Shown one piece after another: positions 8,598 through 19,650 of a stretch of DNA of 64,000 nucleotides (the stretch's first letter is position 1; each line of letters opens with the position of its first letter). Under the pieces are notes generated by a model. It was not told the origin of the DNA, did not search any database, and saw only the letters and a list, made by a program, of their open reading frames with translations. Source of the stretch: Deltaproteobacteria bacterium (GTDB lineage: Bacteria > Desulfobacterota > Binatia > UBA9968); assembly GCA_016874755.1 (NCBI GenBank), contig VGTH01000022.1:19421-83420 (forward strand), read 5' to 3'. A program made the translations under genes and the position numbers.

Positions 8598-9746
8598 ATG
8601 GAATCAGCCCTCGCTTATGGTCTACAAGGCCTGTTTCTCGGCGTCGTGAACATCACCTTGCCCAAGGTGATCATGATCTTAATCGGTTCCGGGCTGCTCT
8701 ATCTCGGCATTAAGAAAGGCTACGAGCCGTTGTTGCTCGTGCCCATTGGTTTTGGCGCCATTCTGGTCAACATTCCGCTGTCCGAGATGATGCACGACGG
8801 CGGTTTTCTGAGATTTTTCTACAACATCGGCGTCAGCACGGAAATCTTTCCGCTGCTGATTTTCCTTGGCATCGGCGCCATGACCGACTTTCAGCCGCTC
8901 CTGCAAAATCCGAAAATTATTCTGCTCGGCGCCGCCGGCCAGTTCGGGATTTTCCTAACTCTATTGCTCGCGCTGGCGCTCGGTTTCGACAAGCTCGACG
9001 CCGTCGCCGTCGCGGTCATCGGTGCCTGCGACGGCCCGACGGCGATTTACGTCAGCTCGAAGTTCGCGCCGCATATGCTGGGCGCCGTATCGGTCGCTGC
9101 GTACTCTTACATGTCGCTCGTGCCGCTCATCCAGCCGCCGATCATGCGCGCGCTGACCACCGAGAAAGAACGGCAGATCGTCATGGGCGCGGCCAAGCTC
9201 GAGCCGATCTCAAAGACAACCAAGATCGTTTTCCCCATCGCTGTCACCATATTTGCGTCGATCCTAGCGCCCAAAGGCGCGCCGTTGATCGGCACGGTTA
9301 TGCTTGGCAATTTGCTGCGCGAGTGCGGCGTGGTCGAGCGCTTGAAAAGTGCGTCGGAGAACGAGATCGCCAACATCGTTACCCTGCTCCTCGGTCTGTG
9401 CATCGGCGCGACCATGGAGGCCGACAAATTTCTCAAAACCCAAACCCTGCTCATCCTCGCTTTGGGCTTCATCGCCATCAGCCTCGACACCGCCGTCGGC
9501 GTGCTGTTCGGCAAAGCGATGTGTTTTTTCACCGGCGGCAAAGTCAACCCGCTGATTGGCGCCGCCGGCATCTCGGCGTTTCCGATGTCGGCTCGGGTCG
9601 TGCAGGCGGAAGGACAAAAGTACAATAAGAAGAGCTATCTGCTCATGCATGCCATGAGCGCCAACGCCGGCGGCCAAATCGGTTCGGTGATAGCCGCCGC
9701 GGTCATGCTCTCGGTGCTGCAGGGCATGGGCATTGTCGGCAAATAA
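8598..9746 (+). CDS. Na+-translocating decarboxylase beta subunit (OadB/MmdB/GcdB)
   Basis: EPLLLVPIGFG, GAMTDF, GACDGPTAIY, AYSYMSLVPLIQPP, NPLIGAAGISAFPMSARV. Confidence 0.95.
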   Translation: MESALAYGLQGLFLGVVNITLPKVIMILIGSGLLYLGIKKGYEPLLLVPIGFGAILVNIPLSEMMHDGGFLRFFYNIGVSTEIFPLLIFLGIGAMTDFQPLLQNPKIILLGAAGQFGIFLTLLLALALGFDKLDAVAVAVIGACDGPTAIYVSSKFAPHMLGAVSVAAYSYMSLVPLIQPPIMRALTTEKERQIVMGAAKLEPISKTTKIVFPIAVTIFASILAPKGAPLIGTVMLGNLLRECGVVERLKSASENEIANIVTLLLGLCIGATMEADKFLKTQTLLILALGFIAISLDTAVGVLFGKAMCFFTGGKVNPLIGAAGISAFPMSARVVQAEGQKYNKKSYLLMHAMSANAGGQIGSVIAAAVMLSVLQGMGIVGK

Positions 9747-9768
9747 AAAATTTTCTATCAGGTGAGCC

Positions 9769-11322
<1,554 letters not shown>

Positions 11323-13206
11323 TTAAAGATCTGCTCTCTGCTCTTCGAGCAGCTCAGCTGGCTCGCCCAGTCCGGCTGGCAACGAAAAGAAGAACGTCGC
11401 TCCGCGCTTTTCTTCGCTCTCAACCCAGAGCACGCCGTCGTGCGCTTCGATGATTTTTTTGCAGATCGCCAGGCCCAGGCCGGTGCCCAGCGGCGCTGAC
11501 TTTTGCCCGCTCGAAACTTGGCGATATTTTTCGAAGATCGAAGCAATTTCGGCTTCAGGAATGCCGACGCCGCTGTCTCTAACCCAGGCGGTGATCTGCG
11601 AGGCGCTCTCGCAGCGCGCGCCGATCTCGATGCGCCCCCCCGGCTGGGTGAACTTAAGCGCATTGTTGAGCAGGTTGTCTAACACCTGATTGATCAAGCG
11701 TGGGTCGAGCGGCACCGGCGGCAAGTCCGGACTCACGACAACGGCCATCTCGATTGATCTTTTGCCAGCCTGAATCGAGTACTGCAGCATGCTCTCGCGC
11801 AGGATGGCGCCCATATCGACCGTTTGCTTGGTCAATTTGATATGGCCGGCTTCCATTTTCGAGAGGTCCAGAAACTGCGTAATATGCTCAACCAGACTCA
11901 TGCAACTGCCGCGCATCTTGCCGAGCCATTGCTTCTGTTCCGCGTTGACTTCGCCGAAGACCTCGTCCTGTAGCGATTCGGCAATGGAGGCAAGGTTCGA
12001 CAGCGGCGCGCGCAGATCGTGCACCACCATGGCGGTGAAATCGGCCAACAGCTTTTCCGTCCGGCGCCGCTCTTCGATCTCGCCCTCGAGATGGGCATTG
12101 ATTTGTAGCGTGTTGCCATAAAGGCTGGCGTTCTCCACCGCCAAGCCAATCTGATGCGCCAGCGCTTGCAAAAATTGACTTTGCTCAGGTGTGTAGTCGC
12201 GCGCCTCGGGATGCATCAGCGTCAGCGCTCCGTGCAGCTGCGCGCTGCGCGGCAGCGGCAAGACAGTGAGGGCCTTCATTCCCGCGGCGCTGTAGACCGC
12301 ACCGATGCGCGGCAACTTGCTGGCGTCCTCAACAAACCACGGTTGGCCGGGGTCGGGCATGCGATCCACCGTCGCCTCGCTCAGGTGCTTCAGGTCGTCG
12401 AGATCTGCTTGCACAACGTTGGGCCGGCTGCTGGCACCGTAGCTGCGCGGCTGGCCATTGGCGTCGTAGAAACGCATAAACGCGTACTCAAAGCCCGCGG
12501 CGGCGACCAAGCGGCGCAGCGCGCGCTCGACGACGTCGCCCAACGCAAGTGTGCCACCGACCTCTTGAGCAACGGTGTAAAGGGTTTCCATATGGCTGGC
12601 GTCAGTGCGCAGCCGTTCTTCAACCATTTTCAGCGAAGTGATATCGCGCGCGATCGTCGACGCGCCGATAATCTTGCCAGCCGGATCCTTGATCGGGGAA
12701 ACCGATGCCGAGACGTAGAGCCGCCGGCCATCTTTGCGGATGCGCTCGGTCTCGTAGCGGTTGATGCCTTTGCCCTGGGCGACCATCACCAGCAAATCGG
12801 GAATCTCGTTGGGCCGGTCGGGGGGATTGAGCAGTGTCACCGGCTGCCCGACGATTTCCTGTTCGCCGTAGCCATAGGTGTTTTCCGCGCCGGCGTTCCA
12901 ACTCGTCACCACGCCATCGAGCGTCATACCGATAATGGCGTCTTCGCAGGACTCGACGATGGCCGCCAGTTGCGACTGCGCTTCGTTGGCACGCCCGCGC
13001 GCTTCCATGAATCGGTTGGCGCTAATCCCGATCGCGGTGGCCAACAGCAAGACGAAACCCAGCACCCAGGCGAGCAAATTCGACCCCGCCGTGTGGTACA
13101 GCAGTTCATGCCCAAGCAATGCCAAAACGCCACAAAGCAAAAGCAGGACGAAAATAAACTTGATGCGCTGTTGGCCGTTGGATGTCATCGAAGTCTGCTT
13201 AATCAA
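11323..13206 (-). CDS. Membrane PAS-GAF sensor histidine kinase
   Basis: Two N-terminal TM helices, PAS (SWNAGAE...RKDG...RDIT), GAF, H-box HDLRAPL, NALKFT, GTGLGL. Confidence 0.9.
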   Translation of the reverse strand: MIKQTSMTSNGQQRIKFIFVLLLLCGVLALLGHELLYHTAGSNLLAWVLGFVLLLATAIGISANRFMEARGRANEAQSQLAAIVESCEDAIIGMTLDGVVTSWNAGAENTYGYGEQEIVGQPVTLLNPPDRPNEIPDLLVMVAQGKGINRYETERIRKDGRRLYVSASVSPIKDPAGKIIGASTIARDITSLKMVEERLRTDASHMETLYTVAQEVGGTLALGDVVERALRRLVAAAGFEYAFMRFYDANGQPRSYGASSRPNVVQADLDDLKHLSEATVDRMPDPGQPWFVEDASKLPRIGAVYSAAGMKALTVLPLPRSAQLHGALTLMHPEARDYTPEQSQFLQALAHQIGLAVENASLYGNTLQINAHLEGEIEERRRTEKLLADFTAMVVHDLRAPLSNLASIAESLQDEVFGEVNAEQKQWLGKMRGSCMSLVEHITQFLDLSKMEAGHIKLTKQTVDMGAILRESMLQYSIQAGKRSIEMAVVVSPDLPPVPLDPRLINQVLDNLLNNALKFTQPGGRIEIGARCESASQITAWVRDSGVGIPEAEIASIFEKYRQVSSGQKSAPLGTGLGLAICKKIIEAHDGVLWVESEEKRGATFFFSLPAGLGEPAELLEEQRADL

Positions 13207-13232
13207 TAATTTCTTGCCACAAACGGCTTTAC

Positions 13233-14858
13233 CTACAGATGGCGCGGCAGCGTCACACTAAAAGTCGAGCCGCGTCCGAGCTCGCTTTCGACTTGTAACT
13301 CGCCGCCCAGCAAGTCGACGAATTTTTTGGCGACGTACAATCCGAGACCGACGCCGCCGTGGCTGCGCGTAATCGAACTGTCCAATTGTCGAAACATTTC
13401 GAAAATATGCGGCAGCGCTTCGGTTGGAATGCCAATGCCGGTATCGCTCACGGAAAAGCGCACGGCGTTACCACCCGCCGCAGCCGACGCAGTGACGACG
13501 ATACGCCCCTGGTCGGTGAACTTGATTGCGTTCTCGATGAGATGCTCAATAACTTCCTTGAGCTTTTCCGGATCGGTTTTCAGATCCGGTAGGTCGGGCT
13601 GGCAGTGCCAGACCAGATCGAGTTCTTTCCCGGCGGGCACCGTGCAAGTCGCTTTGAGCACATCGATCAATTGACTCGCCTCGATGACCTGATGATCCAC
13701 CCGGACTGCGCCCGCTTCGATACTGGTGGCTTGCAAGATACTAATGATCATACCGAGCAGATCGTCGGAGCATTGCATGATGCGGTCGATGCCCCGTTTC
13801 TGCTCGTCGGTCAGATCGCCCAACAAACCTTCCTGCATCATGCCGGCGTAGCCCATGATGAGGTTTAAAGGTGTGCGAAATTCATGGGACATGACGCTGA
13901 GAAATTCGGCTTTGGCTTTATCCGATCGCTCCGCGCTCACTGTCGCGCGCCGCAGATCGAGAGCCTGCAGCGCGTTTTCTTCGCGCAAAAGCGCGTTGTG
14001 CAACGCCACGGTGCTGACGCCGGTCAGTGTTGTTAGCTCGACCCTTTCGTCGCGGGAAAAACCATGCGGCGCCGTAGAATAGTAGCCGATGACGCCGAGA
14101 ATAGTGCCGTCGACAACCAGCGGCACGCCGTAGTAGGCGCGCAGGCCATATTTGCGCAGAAACCGGATGTAGCGCGTACTGGCACGGGCTTGCGCGTTAG
14201 CAATCATGACCGGTTTACCGGTCTCCAAGGCGGTCCTGCTCAGCCCAACGGCACCGCGGGGGATGGTATGCTTCCATTCCTCCTCATCAAGGTTTTTGCA
14301 AGCGATGGCATCCAACGCGCCGGTCTTACGGTTGCGCATGCGTATGGTGATGGCGGAGACCGCGGCGATCGGCGCGGCAGCATCGAATAACGCGTCGAGA
14401 ATTTTATGCAGACCGGGTGCTGTGAGAAAGGTTTGCGCCAGCCGATGCAGGTGCTCCATGCGCTCGATATAGTCTCTTGAGCGCCGCGGCGAAGGCAACA
14501 ACGATGACGGGTTGCTTTTCGCTGTCGGCAGACCGACGACTGGACGCCAACCAGCCGCTTTGCTGCTGCCGGTGCTGGACTTATCGCTCTTGTGCTTGGC
14601 GGCGCGCATGGCGAATTGATGCGTTGCAGCACGGCGGCGCGCGCTCCACAGCGCCGCCGCAGCGGCGCCAAGCACGAGCCCGAAATCGCCCGGCATGAAC
14701 GGCACCGGCGCCGCGGGCCGTGGCCCTGGCGCCACCACGGACGCAGCGACCGGGGCCGCAACGGCCAGTCTTATTAAAGCAATGTTTCCGGGACTATCGA
14801 GAAGCAAAATCGAGAAGACCGCTCCGGGTAGCAACACAGTACGGGTTCGCGGTTTCAT
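13233..14858 (-). CDS. GAF sensor histidine kinase
   Basis: GAF, H-box SHEFRTPL, NAIKFT, DTGIGI, GGVGLGL. Confidence 0.88.
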   Translation of the reverse strand: MKPRTRTVLLPGAVFSILLLDSPGNIALIRLAVAAPVAASVVAPGPRPAAPVPFMPGDFGLVLGAAAAALWSARRRAATHQFAMRAAKHKSDKSSTGSSKAAGWRPVVGLPTAKSNPSSLLPSPRRSRDYIERMEHLHRLAQTFLTAPGLHKILDALFDAAAPIAAVSAITIRMRNRKTGALDAIACKNLDEEEWKHTIPRGAVGLSRTALETGKPVMIANAQARASTRYIRFLRKYGLRAYYGVPLVVDGTILGVIGYYSTAPHGFSRDERVELTTLTGVSTVALHNALLREENALQALDLRRATVSAERSDKAKAEFLSVMSHEFRTPLNLIMGYAGMMQEGLLGDLTDEQKRGIDRIMQCSDDLLGMIISILQATSIEAGAVRVDHQVIEASQLIDVLKATCTVPAGKELDLVWHCQPDLPDLKTDPEKLKEVIEHLIENAIKFTDQGRIVVTASAAAGGNAVRFSVSDTGIGIPTEALPHIFEMFRQLDSSITRSHGGVGLGLYVAKKFVDLLGGELQVESELGRGSTFSVTLPRHL

Positions 14859-14962
14859 AGATCATCAAAAGTAACAGCCAGACCCACCCCCTAAGGCAAT
14901 CGACCCAGGTAGCAGCAGGGTGCTTTCCCGGATCGTTTGGACATTTTTGTCCTTGAACCCAA

Positions 14963-15163
14963 TCACTCTTCGCGGGCTAACTTTTCACGCTGATCGAGCC
15001 AATCGCTCAGCTGCGCTTCGCGCAGACGCCATTGGCCTCCGACCTTGAACGCCGGCAACTGCTTTTGCCGAATCATGCGCTGCAAGGTCCGAGTGGAAAC
15101 CTGAAGCAGTTTGGCAGCCTCGGAGAGGGTCAGAAGACGGATAATTTCAAGCTGTTTTTCCAT
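14963..15163 (-). CDS. Small excisionase/BldC-like HTH DNA-binding protein (HTH_17)
   Basis: LLTLSEAAKLLQVSTRTLQRMI...LPAFKVGGQWR; GGGGGA RBS before ATG at 15163. Confidence 0.85.
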   Translation of the reverse strand: MEKQLEIIRLLTLSEAAKLLQVSTRTLQRMIRQKQLPAFKVGGQWRLREAQLSDWLDQREKLAREE

Positions 15164-15191
15164 GGCTAAAAATCCCCCGCGCACTGCGTAG

Positions 15192-15206
15192 GCAAGTAAA
15201 ATGCCA
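15192..15206 (-). promoter_or_regulatory. Sigma54 (-24/-12) promoter
   Basis: Minus strand TGGCATTTTACTTGC: GG-N10-GC, about 30 bp upstream of the HTH gene start. Confidence 0.65.
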
Positions 15207-15506
15207 GCGCCGGGTGCGGCCTAACATGCTGATTTTACAGCACTTGTTACTGACCTGTGTTTGCTTCGAGCACAAAATTGGACATGCCCGGACAAATATT
15301 GACCCATCTGTGCAAGGAGGCCTGCGGGACCGACAACGGCAGCCTGGGAGGTGTATTGATCGTGAATCGAGCCCAAAGGGGTCATTCCTATCTGACGAAA
15401 TTTTGGCGCAATTGACAAGCTAGACGTTTACGGACAGTGATAGGCAAATTGATCGCTGGAGTCTAGCCGAATGAAGCTAGAGAAAGGGTATATCGATTAG
15501 GATTTT

Positions 15507-15552
15507 TCTCGCGCAAAGGCGCAAAGGTTTGCGTCTTTTGCGTTTTTAGCGG
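15507..15552. repeat. Degenerate palindromic repeat (CTCGCGCAAAG family)
   Basis: TCTCGCGCAAAGGCGCAAAG followed by TTTGCG iterations. Confidence 0.55.
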
Positions 15553-15571
15553 CCATTCTTGTCACCCAAAA

Positions 15572-16828
15572 TCACGCGAACTTTTTGCCGCCAAGATAGA
15601 TCGTATGAATGGCGCGCATGTGCGTGATGTTTTCCAGCGGATTCTTATCCAGCACGAGCAAATCGGCGGCCTTGCCTTTGGCCAGCGTGCCGAAATCTTT
15701 GGCGATGCCGAGCGATTCCGATGCACTCTTCGAGAACGACTGGATCACCTGCATCGGCGTCAATCCCGACTGCACCATCAGCTCCATCTCGCGGTGCTCG
15801 GAAAACCCCTGCACTAAAAATCGGCTGGGCGCGCCGCCGCTGTCGGTGCCCAGGGCGATGCGCACACCGCCATCGGCAAGCTTTTTCAGATTGATTTTAT
15901 TCATCTCGAAACCGGCCTTGAAGAGATCGCGTTGCGGATGCTTGGCCTGAAGCTCGCGCACCTTGGTTCTAAGCGCCGTCATTTGCGCTGCCGACAAAAA
16001 TCTGTGGAAAAACGGATCCTCGATCCAGGCCGGACTATCGCCGTAAGCGAAAAGAAACTCGTCGCGAATCAACGTCGGCGTCAACGTCACGTCGTGCTTT
16101 TTGGCCAGGGCGATAAACTCCGCGTCCACTTCGCGATCGCGCACGTTGTGGCCAAGGATATTGAGACCGCCCTCGATGAGCATCCTGGCATCAACCATCT
16201 CGTAGGCATGGCCCAAAGTGCGCTTGCCGAGCTTACGCGCCTGTTCGAGCACGGCGGCGCAAAACTCGGCGGAAAGCTTGGCGCGGGTGCCGAAGCCGCT
16301 GTCGACCCAGACTTTGATGTAGTCGGCGCCAGCGGCGACGATCTCGTCAACTTTGGCGCGCCCCTGCTCCGGCGTGGCAATTTCCGGGTCGGGCGCAAAG
16401 CGATGCTTGACCGTAGAGACTCGCGCGCCGCGCAGCACCCCTTTCTTCTGCGCCTCGCGAACCTGAACGACTTCGTCCGGATCAGTCTGCATGCTCGTCG
16501 CCGTAGTCACACCGTACAGCGCGTACTGGCGCAGCTGCGGCTCGCTATTCTCACCGACGTGGCCGTGGGCGTTGATACTGCCAGGAACGATGAACTTGCC
16601 GGTGAGATCGATGACGGTGGCACCGGCTGGCGCTTTGATCTTGGACGATGGTCCCAGGTCGCGGATGCGCCCGTTTTCCATCACGACGGTGAAATCTTTT
16701 TGCGGCGGCGCGCCGCTCCCGTCGATGACCGTGGCGCGATTGAGAACGATTACTTGAGCGGCGGCAATCGACGCAAAGAAGATCGCCGCGGCAATCGGCA
16801 CGATGCTTAGCAAGACGCTCTTGCGCAT
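15572..16828 (-). CDS. Exported amidohydrolase family protein
   Basis: Signal peptide, PGSINAHGH, LGTDSG, GTLAKGKAADLLVL. Confidence 0.85.
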   Translation of the reverse strand: MRKSVLLSIVPIAAAIFFASIAAAQVIVLNRATVIDGSGAPPQKDFTVVMENGRIRDLGPSSKIKAPAGATVIDLTGKFIVPGSINAHGHVGENSEPQLRQYALYGVTTATSMQTDPDEVVQVREAQKKGVLRGARVSTVKHRFAPDPEIATPEQGRAKVDEIVAAGADYIKVWVDSGFGTRAKLSAEFCAAVLEQARKLGKRTLGHAYEMVDARMLIEGGLNILGHNVRDREVDAEFIALAKKHDVTLTPTLIRDEFLFAYGDSPAWIEDPFFHRFLSAAQMTALRTKVRELQAKHPQRDLFKAGFEMNKINLKKLADGGVRIALGTDSGGAPSRFLVQGFSEHREMELMVQSGLTPMQVIQSFSKSASESLGIAKDFGTLAKGKAADLLVLDKNPLENITHMRAIHTIYLGGKKFA

Positions 16829-16853
16829 ACCGCCTCCTCAATCGTGCTCGGAG

Positions 16854-16932
16854 TATCTCGCGCAGAGAACGCAGAGGACGCAAAGCTCGGAGGTATTTTT
16901 ACTTTGCGTCCTTTGCGCCTCTGCGCGAGACA
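16854..16932. repeat. Palindromic repeat (TATCTCGCGCAGAG family)
   Basis: TCTCGCGCAGAG-AACGCAGAGGACGCAAAG ... CTTTGCGTCCTTTGCGCCTCTGCGCGAGA long imperfect hairpin. Confidence 0.8.
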
Positions 16933-16939
16933 TTCCGAA

Positions 16940-19093
16940 TTACTTCGCCAACGGATCCGGCCGCAACTGAAACTGCACCGCCATCGGTTTGGCGCCCTTG
17001 CCGCGCTCGTTTAACCACGGCGCGCGGTCGCCGCTGGCGCTCCACAGGCCGCGCCCCTTCCAGCCAGCGTTGGGATCGTCGATGCGGCCGTCGAAACCTT
17101 TGGCGTAGAAACCCAGCGGATAGGGCACGCGCAGGACCATCATCTTGCCGTCTTTAAAGGCGATCAAACCATCATTCAAGTTACCCGTCGACATCGGCAC
17201 GTCGTTGCCTAAGCCAAACGTATTGTGCTGGTCGACCCAGGTGTAGTAGCTCGACTCGGCGCTGTTATCGCCCAAGCCCTTGAAGCCCGGGCCCGGATAT
17301 TTGTGAAACGCCCAACCCTCCGGGCAGTGATCGCCCGTCGCCTTCGGACCGTTCAAAGGCCCTTTGCACTTGCGCCGATCGAAGCTCGCCAAGTGTCCGC
17401 TCGATAGCGACACCCAAATAACACCTTGCTTATCGATGTCGCCGCCACGCGGGCCGAAGCCGGGCAACGGCACGTTGTAGATTTCCGTCAGCGCCGTCTC
17501 CGAAGGATTACTGCCGGGAGCGACGCGCACCACCGCACCGGGAAAGCTGCGGAACGTGCCCCAGACCGAGCCATCCACCGGGTTCGGCATCACAGCGTAG
17601 AAGCCGGCGACGATGCGCTTATCCTTGGCCGGATCCACCGGCTGGTTGGGCTCGACGTATTCATCGCGCTTGCCGTTACCGTTGGTGTCGAGAATCATCG
17701 GCGTCCAGCCCTGCGAGCGCGCGATATCGCCGGTTTCATCGAACATCTTGGTATTGACCCAACCCACCACCTGGCCCGCACCGCTCGTCCACAGCGTATC
17801 GTTGGCGTCGTAGCCGAACTGCAAATGATGCGAGCCGAAGCAGGTATCGACGAAAGTATATTGGCCGGTCTTGGGATCGAGCATCGTGAGCTGGCGGTTG
17901 TTGCGCTCCACGGGAAAGACTTTTGCCGAAGGATGGCTCGAGCCCTTCTTGCAGAAATCAGGCGCCGGCGCGTCGCGAAAAGCAGCGGCAAACCACACCC
18001 GCCCTTTGCGGTCGAACATCGCGTTGTGATTATTCGACCGAGTGTCCCAGAGTTTTTCCGCGCCCCAGTAGGGCGAAGGCTGCAAGAGTTTATCGCTGGC
18101 TGCATGCCCCGGGCCGAGGGCTTCCGGGGTACCGGGCCGCACCGGCGTTGAGATATGGGTCGCCGTGTGTTTTTTGGGATCGAGCACCGGCATGAGGTCG
18201 GTGCTATACTCCGGTGAGCCGTAAAGCGGTCCGTAGGCGTTGACGGTCGGGTAGCGCCGGTCGGACGCGATCAGGTCGTGCAAATACTTTTTCTCGCTCG
18301 ACCAGTCCCAGGTCGTCACCACGATATTGCGCTCCACACCCTGGGGCCGTGCCGGCTTGCTGTCGGGCAGCTCACCTTTGGCGACCCGGTCAGTCCAGTC
18401 GGCGAAATATTTGATCGGCGCCCCGCCGAGATCCTTCATCAGTGTGTTGAACATCGACTCGCCGGATTGTCCCGACTGGATGCGGCGGAACCATGCCTCC
18501 TGGGAATTTTCAATATTAATCGGATGGGGAATGTCCTTCGGGAACGTGCGCGTCGAGAGTTGGCCCATCTGATGGCAGCCGACACAGCCATTGCTCTTCA
18601 TCGAATTGAGCCAGGCGTTTTGGGTTATCTTGACGGGGACCGCGCCCTTGCCGCCAAACTCGCTCGCTTCGGGGATTTTCAGCATCGAGTACCAATGGAT
18701 CGCCGGATAGTACTTCGCCGCCGCCGCGTCGTTGGGCGCTAGCACCGCGCGCAAGTTCAGGTGCCGCCCCGGCGCCGCTTTCACCTTCGGCGAATCGACC
18801 AGACCGTAGCCGCGCACCCAGATATCGTAGCTCGCCTTCGGCAAATCCGGCAGCACGTAGCGGCCTTGATCGTCGGTGACGACCATGCGCGCAAAACGCG
18901 TCGGCAGATCGTTGGTTTCGGCGATGACCCAAACCCCCGCCTCCGGTCCTTTAGCGCTCGTCACGACGCCGCCGATATCGTTGTTATCGAGAGCGACCGT
19001 TTGCTGACTGCTCAGGGGATGCGGCAAAAGAAAAACCGCCAGCGCCAACCCGGCAATCGTCAAGCATGAGAGCCACGCAATCCTTGATTTCAT
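16940..19093 (-). CDS. Exported protein: carboxypeptidase-regulatory-like domain, single CxxCH, probable beta-propeller
   Basis: Signal peptide, VVTDDQGRY...WVRGYGLVDS, CVGCH, Trp/Gly-rich repeats (GRVWFA, GSVWG, GVIWVS); AAGGAG RBS before ATG 19093. Confidence 0.7.
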   Translation of the reverse strand: MKSRIAWLSCLTIAGLALAVFLLPHPLSSQQTVALDNNDIGGVVTSAKGPEAGVWVIAETNDLPTRFARMVVTDDQGRYVLPDLPKASYDIWVRGYGLVDSPKVKAAPGRHLNLRAVLAPNDAAAAKYYPAIHWYSMLKIPEASEFGGKGAVPVKITQNAWLNSMKSNGCVGCHQMGQLSTRTFPKDIPHPINIENSQEAWFRRIQSGQSGESMFNTLMKDLGGAPIKYFADWTDRVAKGELPDSKPARPQGVERNIVVTTWDWSSEKKYLHDLIASDRRYPTVNAYGPLYGSPEYSTDLMPVLDPKKHTATHISTPVRPGTPEALGPGHAASDKLLQPSPYWGAEKLWDTRSNNHNAMFDRKGRVWFAAAFRDAPAPDFCKKGSSHPSAKVFPVERNNRQLTMLDPKTGQYTFVDTCFGSHHLQFGYDANDTLWTSGAGQVVGWVNTKMFDETGDIARSQGWTPMILDTNGNGKRDEYVEPNQPVDPAKDKRIVAGFYAVMPNPVDGSVWGTFRSFPGAVVRVAPGSNPSETALTEIYNVPLPGFGPRGGDIDKQGVIWVSLSSGHLASFDRRKCKGPLNGPKATGDHCPEGWAFHKYPGPGFKGLGDNSAESSYYTWVDQHNTFGLGNDVPMSTGNLNDGLIAFKDGKMMVLRVPYPLGFYAKGFDGRIDDPNAGWKGRGLWSASGDRAPWLNERGKGAKPMAVQFQLRPDPLAK

Positions 19094-19242
19094 ACCGACT
19101 CCTTTAACTCTACACGTGTTTACTGGAAGCGAGCGGAGATTAGCGAGAAAGAAGCATCTCGTCAATCGGCGGGAAGTAGATAGCGCCAGCCGATATCTTA
19201 TGCGGTTCGGTCTGCCCAGGCGGTGGAGCCTATTTGATTTTG

Positions 19243-19530
19243 TCAGATGGCTTCCGCGATGTAGAACCCACCGTGGCTTTTCTCGGTTTGTAAGTGTCCG
19301 ACGGCGGCGCGGAACGATTTGTAGGAATCCGTAAAGCGCCAGCGCGCCAGGTGTTCTTTGCTTTCCCAGAGTAGAATAACGATCACCTGCGACGGATCGT
19401 CGTCGCTGCAGAGAATATGGCCGCCGGTAGAGCCCGCCGACTTACAACCTTGCACGGCGTCACGATAAATCTTGACGTACTCCGCACGCTTGGCTGGATC
19501 GACGGTTTGAAAACGCATTTCGTAGACCAT
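19243..19530 (-). CDS. ABM (antibiotic biosynthesis monooxygenase)-like small protein
   Basis: 95 aa with DPSQVIVILLWESKEHLARW pattern. Confidence 0.7.
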   Translation of the reverse strand: MVYEMRFQTVDPAKRAEYVKIYRDAVQGCKSAGSTGGHILCSDDDPSQVIVILLWESKEHLARWRFTDSYKSFRAAVGHLQTEKSHGGFYIAEAI

Positions 19531-19566
19531 CTTCGTTCCTCCCTTCGTGTCCTTCGTGCCTTCGTT
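19531..19566. repeat. Half of a CTTCGTG-iterated palindromic repeat
   Basis: CTTCGTGTCCTTCGTGCCTTCGT, same unit as the right arm of 52835-52935. Confidence 0.5.
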
Positions 19567-19650
19567 GAAACAATACTGTTGTTCGGTCGGGGTCGAAACT
19601 GTTCAAAAGGCTCCCGTCATGCTGAGCTTGTCCAAGCGTGTATCTTCGCC

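Noticed and set aside
14963..15184. Prophage or ICE marked by an excisionase
   Set aside because: No integrase, tRNA/att site or phage genes in the window
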